Positions 41,844 through 56,312 are shown, counted from the first letter of the stretch. The stretch is DNA of 64,000 bases from Eledone cirrhosa (GCA_964016885.1 OZ024743.1:78926001-78990000); one strand, 5' to 3'. Notes: generated by a model from the letters alone, not told the origin. Translations and numbers: made by a program.

Positions 41844-42480
41844 AAGTGAAAGAAAGCGGGTTGTTTAGTAGTGAGGGGTGTCGGGTTCACGGACATTATC
41901 TCGTGGGTTCAATTCTCCGACCGGGTGACATGTTGGCCACTTCAGCAGAGCAATTCCTTTCCCATTGTTCCAGTTCATTCTTTTGACTACCAGCAGTTGG
42001 GAGTTAGCCCTGTAACTGACTGGAGGCCTATCCCAGGGCAGTCTTGTACTTTCAGTCGTTAAACATCCATGAAACCAGAAAAAACTCTAGGCTTCATCCA
42101 ACACATGTGAAGTATAGAAAATTGTACTTAAAACAATAACTTTAACAATCAACCGTTTGTAGGTAATTTACGTCATACAACTCATTGCCTGGCTGTCTGT
42201 CTCAGTTTCACTCTCTCCTTCTCTCTATCCCCCTCTCTCTCTGTCTGTCTTCCTGCACCCACCTCCTCACTCTCTTTCAGTCTCCCCCCTCTCTCTTACA
42301 ACACTCTCTTTCTCTCCCAGACACCCTCTCTTTGAATTTCTCTTCTGTCCCACTCCCTCTCTCACTGACTCACCATTCACTCTCTCTCACTCCCCCACCC
42401 CTCTAATTCTCTCTTTTCCTTCTTTCCTTCCATCTTACAGGTGACGTTCTATTTAACTGTCTTGTAATTTTCTTTCATGA

Positions 42481-43775
42481 ACAAACAGAAACCAAACTGA
42501 AACAAAACTTAAACCAAACAGATATCAAACTGAAACCAAACTGAAACCAAACAGAAACCAAACAGATACCAAACTGAAACCTAACTGAAACCAAACTGAA
42601 ACCAAACTGAAACCAAACAGATACCTAACTTAAACCAACCTGAAACCAAACTGAAACCAAACAGATACCAAACTGAAACCAAACAGATATCAAACTGAAA
42701 CCAAACTGAAACCAAACTGAAGCAAAACTGAAACCAAACTGAAACCAAACAGATACCAAACCGAAAACAAACTGAAACCAAACAGATACCAAACTGAAAC
42801 CAAACTGAAACCAAACTGAAACCAAACAGATACCAAACTGAAACCAAACTGATACCAAACAGAAACCATACTGAAACCAAACAGAAACCAAACTGAAACC
42901 AAATTGAAACCAAACTGAAACCAAACAGATACCAAACTGAAACCAAACAGATATCAAACTGAAACCAAACCGAAACCAAACTGAAACCAAACTGAAACCA
43001 AACAGATACTAAACTGAAACCAAACTGAAACCAAACAGATACCAAACTGAAACCCAACTGAAACCAAACTGAAACCAAACAGAAACCAAACTGACACCAA
43101 ACAGAAACCAAACTGACACCAAACAGATACCAAACTGAAACCAAACTGAAACCAAACTGAAATCAAACTGAAACCAAACAGATACCAAACAGAAACCAAA
43201 CTGAAACCAAAGAAGATACCAAACTGAAACCAAACTGAAACCAAACTGAAACCAAACTGAAACCAAACTGAAACCAAACTGAAACCAAACAGATACCAAA
43301 CTGAAACCAAACTGAAACCAAACAGAAACCAAACAGATACCAAACTGAAACCAAACTGAAACCAAACTGAAACCAAACTGAAACCAAACAGATACCTAAC
43401 TTAAACCAAACTGAAACCAAACTGAAACCAAACAGATACCAAACAGAAACCAACCTAAAATGAAACTGAAACCAAACTGAAACCAAACTGAAACCAAACA
43501 GATACCAAACTGAAACCAAACAGATATCAAACTGAAACCAAACTGAAACCAAACTGAAACCAAACTGAAACCAAACAGAAACCAAACTGAAACCAAACTG
43601 AAACCAAACAGATACCAAACTGAAACCAAACAGAAACCAAACACATACCAAACTGAAACCAAACTAAAACCAAATTAAAACCAAATTAAAGCTAAATTAA
43701 AACCAAACTGGAATCAAACTAAAACCAAACCGAATCCAAATTAAAACCAAATTGAAACCAAACCGAAACCAAATT
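42481..43775. repeat. 11-bp satellite CTGAAACCAAA (variant CAGATACCAAA), over 100 copies
   Basis: Direct reading. Gives the 11-aa periodic pseudo-ORFs QFGFSLVSVWF. Confidence 0.97.
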
Positions 43776-43841
43776 GTTGCCAATGGAAACACACAAAAGT
43801 CTTCACTGGAACATTGAATAGTTCCTGTTTAACGTAGAGTC

Positions 43842-44110
43842 ACGTGGCATATTGGTAAGGGTGTTGGACTTACGATCATAATGTCGTGGGTTCGATTCCT
43901 GGGTTGTGTGTTGTGTTCTTGAGCAAAACACTTCATTTTACGTTGCTCCAGTATACTTAGCTGAAAATGAGTACCTGCAATCACGGGGGTTCAGCCATGT
44001 GATGGACTGGCGTCATGTCCAGGGGGAGTCTTGTACTCTCAGTCGCTTTACACCATGAAACCAGGATAATCATTGGCCTGAGGAGATTCCTGGCTTAAGA
44101 CAGACTTTAA
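43842..44110 (+). mobile_element. Second tRNA-derived SINE family (CORE-like domain); degenerate relative at ~41855-42080
   Basis: A box TGGCATATTGGTAAG, B box GGTTCGATTCC, CORE-like TTGAGCAAAACACTT, then GTGATGGACTGGCGTC..TCCAGGG. Confidence 0.7.
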
Positions 44111-44493
44111 CCCTGCGAAGGACTAACGGTCTGTCCAGGGGAAGTCTTGTACTCTTAGACACTTCACGCCATATAACCAGCCTCCTGGCTTAACACAGAC
44201 CTTAGACTAATTAACCAGAGAAAAACCTAGGGTTTCTCAGGAATTACTAATTAATGTTGGTTAATTAGAATATTTCATCTAAAGGTGAGAATAACTTGTC
44301 ATAATGTTATATCAATATTGTAGGGGGGTGGGAGGAAATAGGTGTGGGAATACATAGGGAGAGGGAAGAGAGAGAGGAAGAGAGAGGGGGAAGAGAGAGG
44401 GGGAAGAGAGAGAGGGAGAGATAGAGAGAGAGACTGTGCAACGTATGTTGTAAGGCATATCATAAATAAATATCTTACCTACATACTTACATA

Positions 44494-44636
<143 letters not shown>

Positions 44637-44728
44637 ATATGTATTGGCAAATCACTGACGAAGGACTATTTTTATCATATGTAACCCATGTGCAACCACG
44701 CAGTATTCTTCTTTCTTCTCATGTTTTT

Positions 44729-44763
<35 letters not shown>

Positions 44764-44804
44764 CATATCATATTGTATCCATTTACCCAATTATCACAAA
44801 ACTG

Positions 44805-45065
44805 ACCGGAAGTGTAAGAACGTCATGTGATGCGGCTAATTCACTATATACAGGAAACCGCCACAACCAACAACATCAACATCAAAAACAACAACAACAA
44901 CATCAACATCAAACAAACCCCAGCAATAGAAACATGGAGGGTCAGGTTCGTGATTGATGGCTCCGAAACTATTAAATCTAATCTTTTATATTAACATCAC
45001 GTGATCAGTATATTACATTGGTCACGTGATCAGTATATTACATTGATCACGTGATCAGTATATTT
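44805..45065. promoter_or_regulatory. Possible promoter/enhancer motif cluster
   Basis: ETS-type ACCGGAAGTG (44805), M-box-like GTCATGTGA (44822), and three TCACGTGA at 44997, 45022 and 45047 within a 25-bp tandem repeat. Confidence 0.3.
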
Positions 45066-45144
45066 TCGGACAAATGAAATGAAATCGGTTTTTACGAGAC
45101 ACGCAACCGGATTTCGGACTTATGTTTCCGCCAGTAAAACAACA

Positions 45145-45150
45145 GCTACA

Positions 45151-45189
<39 letters not shown>

Positions 45190-45219
45190 GCGGCTCTGCT
45201 GCTGCTGCTGCTGCTGCTG

Positions 45220-45274
<55 letters not shown>

Positions 45275-45463
45275 CACAACAACAGCAACAACAGTAACAA
45301 GAGTAACAATAGTAACAACACCACCAACAACAACAACAACAACAGTACCACCACCACCACTAACACCACCAACAACAACAGTAACAACTACAACAGTACC
45401 ACCACCACCACCACCACCACCACCAACAACAACAACAGTAACAACTACAACAGTACCACCACC

Positions 45464-45494
<31 letters not shown>

Positions 45495-45592
45495 GTAACA
45501 ATAACAACAGTACCACCACCACCGCCGCAACCACAACCGCCGCCACCAACAACAACAACAACAGTACCACCACCACCACCATCACCACCACC

Positions 45593-45624
<32 letters not shown>

Positions 45625-45646
45625 CAGTACCACCACCACCGCCACC

Positions 45647-45678
<32 letters not shown>

Positions 45679-45766
45679 CAGTAACAACAACAGTACCACC
45701 ACCACCACCACCACCACCGCCACCACCGCCACCACCACCACCACCACCACCACCACCACCACCACC

Positions 45767-45815
<49 letters not shown>

Positions 45816-45847
45816 GTACCACCACCACCACCACCACCACCACCACC

Positions 45848-45893
<46 letters not shown>

Positions 45894-45940
45894 GTAACAA
45901 CAACAGTACCACCACCACCATCACCACCACCACCACCACC

Positions 45941-45971
<31 letters not shown>

Positions 45972-47005
45972 GTAACAACAACAACAAGCAGTATTTCACA
46001 ATGAAACTAATAACTTAACACGTGATTCAGTAAAACCATTAAACCACGATTACATCATCAAAGATTGATGAAAATAGATGTGATGGTGATGGTGATGATG
46101 GTGATGGTGATAGGGATGATGGTGATGGTGATGGTGATAGGGATGGTGATGGTGATGGTGATGGTGATGGTGATGGTGATGGTGTGGGTGATGGTGATGG
46201 TGATGATGGTGATGGTGATAGGGATGATGGTGATGGTGATGGTGATAGGGATGGTGATGGTGATGGTGATGGTGATGGTGATGGTGATGGTGTGGGTGAT
46301 GGTGATGGTGATGATGGTGATGGTGATAGGGATGATGGTGATGGTGATGGTGATAGGGATGGTGATGGTGATGGTGATGGTGATGGTGATAGTGTGGGTG
46401 ATGGTGATGGTGATGATGGTGATGGTGGTGATGGTGATGGTGATGATGGTGATGGTGATGGTGATGGTGATGTTGATGGTGATGGTGATGGTGGTGATGA
46501 TGATGGTGATGTTGATGGTGGTGATGGTGATGTTGATGGTGGTGATGGTGATGATGATGCTGGTGATGATGTTGATGGTGATGATGTTGATGGTGATGAT
46601 GTTGATGGTGATGATTAGTGATGGTGATGATTAGTGATGGTGATGATGGTGATGGTGATGATGATGATGATGATGATGATGGTGATTATGGTGATGATGG
46701 TGATGGTGATGGTGGTGATGATGATGATGATGATGAGAATGATGGTGATAATGATGATGATGATGATGATGATGGTGATGATGATAGTGATGGTGATGAT
46801 TATGATGGTGATGATTATGGTGATGGTGATGATGATTATAGTGATGGTGATGGTGATTATGGTGATGGTGATGATGATTATGGTGATGGTGATGATGATT
46901 ATGGTGATGGTGATGATGATTATGGTGATGGTGATGATGATTATGGTGATGCTGATGGTGATGGTGATGGTGATGATGATTATGGTGATAGTGATGGTGA
47001 TGGTG
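45145..47005. repeat. Trinucleotide repeat blocks: (CTA)/(CTG)/(CAA)/(ACC), then (GAT)/(GGT)
   Basis: Direct reading. Confidence 0.95.
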
Positions 47006-47428
47006 CTGTAGTAGAAAATATATTTCGACACTTCTTAGATAATGTGTAAAAAACAAAAGAAAGAATTATAAAAAAGATGTTAAGAAGAATAAAATGAAAA
47101 TGGCGTCGGTTGTAGCAATAAGTTCATTATTGTAGAGTTTGGCAGGTTTAATAATAACATCTTGCTATAGAACCAACTATTTTGGTCTAATAGAGCTAGA
47201 GTCTCAGGAGAATATACTGCCGCATATATATATATATATACAGATAGATAGATAGAGGGAGAGGGAGAGAGATTTGTGAGACAGCGACAGTCAGACAGTG
47301 AGAGGGAGAGAGAAAGTCTGCCATTTATAGACTTTTGTGCATTTTCTTTAACAGAACGAACAAAGAAAACTATAACACAAATAAATATATTACAGAAGTA
47401 AATGTTCTTTTAAATGTGTTAGTTCTTT

Positions 47429-47495
<67 letters not shown>

Positions 47496-47765
47496 CAATA
47501 GTAGTAGTAGTAGTAGTTGTTGTTGTTGTTAATATTATTTGAATATTTATCTACGTTTTGCAGTCATTTTCCAAAATATGAAATATGAAAATATATAAAA
47601 AGTGAAAGATTAAACTTGATAAACCTTTATTGATCATCAAATCGAATGGAGATCGAAACTGATTGTTTATTTATATATTTATATGTATATTTATTATATG
47701 TTTGGGAAACCAAATCAATTTTTCAAAAGAAACGCAAACATACAGAAAAAGACTTTTAACTCATT

Positions 47766-48342
47766 TATATATATGAGTGTATATATATATGTGAGTGTAT
47801 ATATATGTGAGTGTATATATATATGTGAGTGTATATATATACGTGAGTGTATATATATATGTGAGTGTATATATATGTGAGTGTATATATATATGTGAGT
47901 GTATATATATGTGAGTGCATATATATATATGTGAGTGTATATATATATGAGTGTATATATATATGTGAGTGTATATATATATGAGTGTATATATATATAT
48001 GTGAGTGTATATATATATATGAGTGTATATATATATGTGAGTGTATATATATATGAGTGCATATATATATATGAGTGTATATATATGTGAGTATATATAT
48101 GTGTGAGTGTATATATATATATATGTGAGTGTGTATATATATATATGTGTGAGTGTATATATATATATATATGTGAGTGTATATATATATATGTGTGAGT
48201 GTATATATATATATATATATATGAGTGTATATATATATATATATATGAGTGTATATATATATATATATATATATGAGTGTATATATAAGTGAGTGTATAT
48301 ATATATATATATATATGTGAGTGTGTATATATATGTGTGTGA

Positions 48343-48436
<94 letters not shown>

Positions 48437-48580
48437 GTATATATGTATATAAATCTGTATTTGTGAGTGTATGTATCTGTGAGTGTATATATATGCGAGT
48501 GTATATATATATATATATATATATATGAGTGTATATATATATGTGAGTGTATATATATGTGAGTGTATATATATATGTGA

Positions 48581-48632
<52 letters not shown>

Positions 48633-48657
48633 GTATATATGTATATAAATCTGTATT

Positions 48658-48728
<71 letters not shown>

Positions 48729-48730
48729 AT
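47766..48730. repeat. GTGAGTG(TA)n compound minisatellite
   Basis: Direct reading. Confidence 0.9.
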
Positions 48731-49131
48731 TTGTGACTGTGTGTATGTGTTTATATCAAAGGCTGTTTACAATAATGTCTATTTTAACACAGCTTTGATG
48801 ACTGCCTTTTATTAGCACCAGACGAAACTAATCCACATTAAATCTCTTCTTCTTCTTCTTCTTCTTCTTCTTCTTCTTCTTCTTCTTCTTCTTCTTCTTC
48901 TTCTTCTTCTTCTTCTTCTTCTTCTCCTCTTCTTCTTCTTCTTCTCCAAGTCTCTAGTATTTATACATATATATACTTATGTATATGTCCATATATATAG
49001 CGAGGGAGATAGAGATAGAGAGAGAGAGAGAGAGAAAGAGAAAGAGAGAGAGAGAAGAGTGAGACAGAGAGAGAGAGAGAGAGACAGAGAGATATAGAGA
49101 GTATGTGTGTGAGGGAGATAGAGATAGATAT

Positions 49132-51917
49132 GTTTCTTTATTAGCCACAGGGGCACAAAAGAAGGGGACAAATACAAAGGGGGAAGTTTACATACAATAA
49201 AAACGTGTAAAATGTTATCACAAATGCAATTTAAAAAATTAGTTGATTTTCCCCAATAGGGGGAGACAGTTCATATGGGTAATACATACCCCCGAAAAAA
49301 TGTGCAGCCCTCATCTCCAGGAGTACGAAGAGTTTGTACCCCTTTCCTCTCTTCCTCTTTTTCCTCAGCCTACAGGCTGATATAGAGAGAAGGCCCATTC
49401 ACTCGGGCCATTCTCGGCACTTTCACCCACCTTTCATAAAACTTGCTGGGGTGCAGCACCCCTCTCTCCATCCTGATTCTTCTTCCAAAGTGGTATTTGA
49501 AAAAAAGAACCAGTTGTTGGCCGGAGAGAAAGGTGTCTGACCTCAGCCCTTTCAACCTTGTCCACCATATAACCTCTTTCGCCATAGCTATCACACAAAG
49601 GAAAACCGCCTCTCCTTCGTTTTTGAAGGAGGGTGGCGGTTTGATCATGAGAATGGACTCGGTGGTCAACCGGATTGGTCCCACCCGCGACAATAGTCGT
49701 TCTACATAGCCCCACAGGTCAGTGACGCCCGGGCAGTGTATGAATGCGTGCGCGACGGTTTCTTCGTCTCGCACGCACCTCGGACAGATCTTTTTTGCAG
49801 GGTCCCTGCCAGGGCGCCCATGTCTGTAGAGCTTGTCTCGAACTGGTAGAGCTCCTCGGTAGCACTGCCAGGCCAGGGACTTTTGGAAGTTGTCCATCGG
49901 TCCCGGGCGGAAGGTCCTACCGAACAGACTGGCCAGTTCATCTTCCTCTACGCCTAGAGTTTCACCGAGCGCGTCGTCGCACTTGCTGCGGATCAAGCCT
50001 CTATAGAATGACGAAGTGGAGTCTCCACTGATCGCCGGGTCCGCCTGCCAGAGGGCTGTGAGCGCCTGAGCACATTCGATGTGCCAGTCGCCCATTTTCC
50101 TCGGTCTTTGCTTGACCCAGTACTGCAGCTCGGTCAGCGAGACGAGTCGTGGGAAGGCTCGCCTCACGAACGGGGCCCACACCGGTTGTCCGGTGAGGAA
50201 TACGTAGAGATGCCGCAGCCTGAGCGCGTGTTTGCGCATCGTCAGCCACGGCAACCCCAGCCCTCCGTTAGAAGGGTGTTGGCAGCAGATGGATCTTCTC
50301 ACCAGATGGATCGCCTCTTCCAAAGGAATTGGAAGAGCGCGCTCTCCATTTTGGTGAGCGTTTTGGCTGGACAAGGCACGACGGTCAATCGGTAGTAGAT
50401 GGCGGACGCTATAAAAGTGTTCGCCACCTCCGCTCGACCTTTCAAGGATATTTTGCACTCGGCCCACTTCTGGGTGAGTGCAAACACTTTGGCCGTCACT
50501 TCGTTCCAGTTCTTCTCCACGTGGAGGTCAGGACCAAACCAGACCCAGAGCAGCTTTACCGGTCCTTCCGTCCAGCGTCCGACGACGCCATCGGAAGGCA
50601 TCGGCTTTCCTCTCCACGACCCGAGTTGCAAACCGATGAACTTGTCTCGGTTCAGCTTCGCTCCTGTGAAACTTTCGTATTCCTTCAGTAAGGTACCGAC
50701 TTTCTCTATTTGCGAGGCGCTCGACACCAGTACTGTCACGTCGTCGGCGTAGGCTGACGCCGCTTTCCGCAATCCCGGTTCCAGAGGGATGCCCTGCAAT
50801 AGCTTCTCCGCAGTAGTGGCTCGAGAGTCAGTACGTACAGAAGGGAGGAGAGAGGGCATCCCTGTCGAATGGATCGCGTAATATGGAACGGCTCCGAGAG
50901 GTAGCCGTTCACCTTGACCCTTGAGCAGATATTGCTGTTGTGCATTGCAGCAATCCAGTCCCTGAACACGGGTCCGAAACCTGCCGCCTCGAGCACCGCA
51001 TCCAGGTAACGATGGTCAAACCTATCGAAAGCCTTAGACTGATCCAAGTTGATCAGGGCCCCACCGAAGCCGGGGATACACCCTACCCTCTCTATGATGT
51101 ATCGCATGAGGTGGAGGTTATCGTGTATGGACCTGGTAGGGATTGCGCATGTCTGCGCTTCTCCCACCAGGTTCCTGACGACAAGCGCCAGCCTCTTTGC
51201 CAACACCTTGGCCCAAATCTGTAACTCTGTGTTTAGCAGAGTTATGGGCCGGAAGTTGCCTATGTCATCCCCCTTATTCTCGTCCTTCCTGACTAGTGTG
51301 ACTACGCCCCCGGTCACAGAACTGGGAATTCTCCCGTTCTGTTGCCAGTTGCAGTAGACCGCTTCCAGGAGACCGGAGAATAAGTCCGGTATTGCTACGT
51401 AAAATTCGTAGGGTAGACGTCGAGACCTGGAGATTTGCGTTTGCCGCATTGGCTCAGCGCGTCCCCTATCTCAGCGGCTGTCCGAGAGTCGCGGTAGGCC
51501 GTCGAGGTATGGACCGAAATCCATAGCCCCTCCCGGCGCGCCGCCCCGCCCGAACAGTTGAGCAAAGTGCCGCTGAAAGGTCGCACACATCTGCTTCGGC
51601 TCACGTATCACGCGTCCGTTTTGGTCCTTCAAAGACCGAATCGTGGACTTGTTGCCACTTTTTGCCCCCGTCACTCGGGCCCAGCTAACAGCTTTGGCTC
51701 CCTCGTTTCCCAGAGCACGTATTTTGCTTCTGACAACGCATCCCTCGTGCTTTGCGTCGAAGAACTGGTCCAAGGCCGTTCTCGTTACTAGTACGCTGGC
51801 TACGTTGCCACTTCTAATTGCCTCTTCTAATTTATCTACCAGTTCCATCTCGGTTCTATTTCTATCTAACGCTAATTCTTTACTAAAAACTAACGAGTTT
51901 AATCTAACTGCCCTCTT
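49132..51917 (-). mobile_element. 5'-truncated, frameshifted Tx1/L1-clade LINE (RT plus C-terminal CCHC region)
   Basis: KSPGLD, NFRPITLLNTELQIWAKVLAKRL, NLDQSKAFDRFDH, SIRQGCPLS, AYADD, GGLGLP, CPRC..ETVAHAFIHC. AATAAA near the 3' end. Inserted in a (GA)/(GATA) repeat. Confidence 0.9.
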
Positions 51918-51934
51918 GAGAGAGATAGAGATAG

Positions 51935-51987
<53 letters not shown>

Positions 51988-52042
51988 GTATATGAGGGAG
52001 ATAGAGAGAGAGAGAGAGCAAGAGAGAGAAAGAGAGAGAAAG

Positions 52043-52135
<93 letters not shown>

Positions 52136-52165
52136 GTGTATGAGGGAGATAGAGAGAGAGAGATA

Positions 52166-52211
<46 letters not shown>

Positions 52212-52248
52212 GTGTATGAGGGAGATAGAGAGAGAGAGATAGAGATAG

Positions 52249-52323
<75 letters not shown>

Positions 52324-52343
52324 GTGTATGAGGGAGATAGCGA

Positions 52344-52444
52344 TCTTAATATATAAAAGTGAATGTCTATATGTTCTAGGCGGTAAGTCAACTTTGCAGG
52401 AGGCTGAAATTTTGTAGAAGGATAAGCCCGGGTACTGCAGCTAG
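52344..52444 (+). mobile_element. Miniature (~100 bp) Helitron-like remnant
   Basis: A|TCTTAATATATAAAAGTGAA ... CCCGGGTACTGCAGCTAG|T. The 5' end resembles 31719. Confidence 0.5.
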
Positions 52445-52497
52445 TATATACATGTACCTCCTCTATCTTTCTATTTCTTCTTTAATTTCTCGTTCTA

Positions 52498-52533
52498 TTT
52501 TCTGATGAAGGACTATTGTCCGAAACGTTAAAA
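52498..52533 (+). ncRNA. Minimal HHR motif
   Basis: TTTT-CTGATGA-a-GGACtattGTCC-GAAA-CGTT-AAAA, with palindromic stem III ACGT. Confidence 0.65.
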
Positions 52534-52618
52534 CCCATTTCCTACTATATTAAATGTAAAACTAATAATATATTTCTTCATTGTACTGTCTTTTGCTTTG
52601 TAATTTCTCTTTGCCACG

Positions 52619-53135
52619 GGCTGTTCTCCCATCTTATAACCCTCCCCCTTCACAATATTTCCACTGGCTGTTCTCCCATCTTATAACCCCCCCCCTCCCT
52701 TCACAATATTTCCACTGGCTGTTCTGCCATCTTATAACCTCCCTTCACAATATTTCCACTGGCTGTTCTGCCATCTTATAACCTACCTTCACAATATTTC
52801 CACTGGCTGTTCTCCCATCTTATAACCTCCCTTCACAATATTTCCACTGGCTGTTCTACCATCTTAAAACCTCCCTTAACAATATTTCCACTGGCTGTTC
52901 TCTCATCTTATAACCTCCCTTCACAATATTTCCACTGGCTGTTCTGCCATCTTATAACCCTCCCCTTTCACAATATTTCCACTGGCTGTTCTGCCATCTT
53001 ATAACCTCCCTTCACAATAGTTCCACTGGCTGTTCTACCATCTTATAACCTCCCTTCACAATATTTCCACTGGCTGTTCTGCCATCTTATAACCTCCCTT
53101 CACAATATTTCCACTGGCTGTTCTACCATCTTATA
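52619..53135. repeat. 44-bp minisatellite GGCTGTTCTGCCATCTTATAACCTCCCTTCACAATATTTCCACT, 11-12 copies
   Basis: Direct reading. Confidence 0.93.
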
Positions 53136-53378
53136 CCCCCCCACCATATCATTATAACTCCCCCCTCGTCTGTTATCTACAAGTTATCCCTCCCCCCTTT
53201 ATCCCCCTGCTCTCTATATTAACCAACTTTTCTGCTATTGTTGTCTCCCTTTCTATTTTAATCCTCACTTCTAAAATTAGTCTCAATATTTCATTTGTAG
53301 CAGCACGTCGCTTTATTGATCATGTGACTACTGCCATCATTCTACTACCCCCTCTCCCCCTTAATTCCCCTCTCTCTT

Positions 53379-53438
<60 letters not shown>

Positions 53439-53501
53439 CTCTCTCTTTCTCTCTCTCTATATATATATATCCCACTCTCATTCTCTCTCCCTCTCTCTCT
53501 G

Positions 53502-53775
<274 letters not shown>

Positions 53776-53787
53776 TATATATATATG

Positions 53788-53980
53788 CAAAAGTTTTATT
53801 TAAAATTGTTGGGTTACAACAAGTAAATATTTTATAACTGATATAAAGCACTCAACAAGTTTTGGAGTAGATATACGATATTAAATAAATGGAAACTATA
53901 TTTATAAAACCATATTTATTTCATTATAAATGAAATAAATATGGTTTTATAAATATAGTTTCCATTTGTTTAATATCGTA
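53788..53980. mobile_element. Solo fold-back terminus of the 17776..20465 PLE family
   Basis: 53788-53925 matches 17776-17915. 53875-53980 is a near-perfect hairpin. Confidence 0.7.
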
Positions 53981-54121
53981 TATATATATATATATATATA
54001 TATCCCGCTCGCCTTTTCTCTCTCTCTCTCTCTCTATATATATATGTGTTTCTGTAAGTCACTCTCCTTCCGACGTTTCTCTCACTTTTTCTCATTCTGT
54101 GATCTAGTATACCCCACCCCC

Positions 54122-54223
<102 letters not shown>

Positions 54224-54509
54224 GTGTGTGTGTGTGTGTGTGAGTGTGGACTCTTGGATGTATATATGTGCGCTCGTGTGTGTGTAAACTAGTGTATATG
54301 TTTATCTCCTTATAATATATAACCAGCAATTTCTATGTCTGTCTGTCCGACGCGTAGAGAGAGAGTGAGAGTGAAAGAAAGAGACAGACTAGAAGAGGGG
54401 GATAGCGGGAGGGAGAGAGAGAGACGCTGGAAGAGGGGAAGGAAAGCTATGTCTTGCTGTCTGCATTACGATACATATATATACACACACACACACACTG
54501 AGCGCGTCA

Positions 54510-54792
54510 TAATGACGTAATGCAGACAGGCAGACATACAGACAGATATTATAAGGGCGCAACGTTATATCTATGTATTTATCTAAAAAGAAAGACTAAG
54601 AATTATATAGAGAGAACGCTAAATCGCCTAATGCGGTCCCTAGGGCATTGAAAATTTGAAATAATTTTTGCTCAACACTCTCACAGGACCATAAGTATTA
54701 CATGTCTAAAGTTTGAAAACAATCGGTTGGATGGTTCTCAAGTTTTAGTGAGCTGACAGACAGACAGACATTCTCTGTTTTAGATATATAGA
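54510..54792 (-). mobile_element. Helitron 5' portion on the minus strand
   Basis: Reverse complement resembles 38296-38590. Starts TCTATATATCTAAAA at 54792. Confidence 0.7.
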
Positions 54793-54826
54793 CTAGCCAA
54801 AAAGCTTTCGGGTGGTTTTCTGCTAG

Positions 54827-55468
54827 TCTATATATATAAAACTGAGGATGTATGTCTGTGTGTGTGTGAGTTCGAATCCCTAAAACTCAAGAACCACCCA
54901 ACCGACTGTTTTCAAACTTTACACATGTAATACTTATGTTTCAGGGAGTGTTATGCACATAAACAAATTCAACTTTTTTTCTATCTCTTAGAGCCCGCAT
55001 TAGGTGAATAACTGCGTTTTTTAAGATTTTTAGGGGTTTTTTGAGTCGTTACGTCAGACCGATTTCCTTGAAATTGTAACTATGTATTAGTTAGTCTCTT
55101 CTTCATACCGTAAGCAAAGAAAGTCCAACTTTCTTATGGCCTAGGGCCCGCATTAGGTGAAAAACTTCATTTTTTCAGCTTCTTAGTCTTTTGGGAGGCG
55201 TTACGTCTAGCCGATTTTCCCGAAATTTAGAGGCACATTATGCACATAAAAAAAATTCATTTTCTTGATCCCCTAGGGCCGGCATTAGGTGAAAACCTGC
55301 ATTTTTCCTGCTTCATCGAGCAAAATGTTAAAGATTATCCAGCCATCAGAGTATACGTTTTATTTTCTTTACATATTTTCCAGGCATTCAGTTTTTCCAC
55401 CATTAGGTCTGTTGGCGGCCCGTGTTACAACATACCTTATCTCGTGCAACGCCGGGTACCACTGCTAG
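54827..55468 (+). mobile_element. Non-autonomous Helitron
   Basis: TC start, GC-rich subterminal hairpin remnant, and CTAG|T. Same family as 38296..39232. Confidence 0.8.
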
Positions 55469-55538
55469 TGAATAATATAATACATCTATTTATCTAAGTT
55501 ACATAATATGAGGTGTATTTCATGATACATACACACAC

Positions 55539-55588
<50 letters not shown>

Positions 55589-55703
55589 GGACATATATAT
55601 ATATATACACACACATACACGGATATATATATATATATATAGAGAGAGATAAGATATAGATATATACACACACACATACACGGACATACACATGGACACA
55701 CAG

Positions 55704-55740
<37 letters not shown>

Positions 55741-55741
55741 A

Positions 55742-55784
<43 letters not shown>

Positions 55785-56312
55785 CAATATCGGAGAAAGC
55801 TTTTTAGCGATACTCCGGCCAAATTCCAACTCACTCAACAAACATTAGGAAATAAGTGATTATATTCCCAATTATGTGTTCGGGGTGCTAACTAAAAGTA
55901 TTGCGTGGAAAATTGGCTGTATTATTTCAAATGAGACATCTAATATATCTCTTCCCAGACGGACGTCTCGTTTCATTATAGGACTCCTACAATTTGGGTG
56001 AAATTATACCAATTTATGTAGGAGCTTGTATACCATCAATAGATATATATTCAAGTGGACTCCTATAATTCATCAGTGGGTGCCCCAATAATACTAATAT
56101 TGATAATCTAACCAACATCAGCATTTAGCGATAATCACTTTCTGTGCCTGAGGTATCTGTTAGGTAGCCAGTCCAGCAGTACTGAAAGAAGTGCTCGAAC
56201 TGATTCAAAAAATGAGGAAGTGAATTACCGCCAAAAAAAAAACAATACATGCGCGTGACAATGAACTCTGAAAGGAATTCAAGCCACGTGCTAAGAACTC
56301 AATTGGAAATTG

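Noticed and set aside
43842-43900. tRNA gene
   Set aside because: A and B boxes are present but there is no acceptor stem. It continues into a SINE body.
55790-56310. Complex unique sequence with a possible acceptor TTCCCAG
   Set aside because: All forward frames close quickly and nothing is recognisable.
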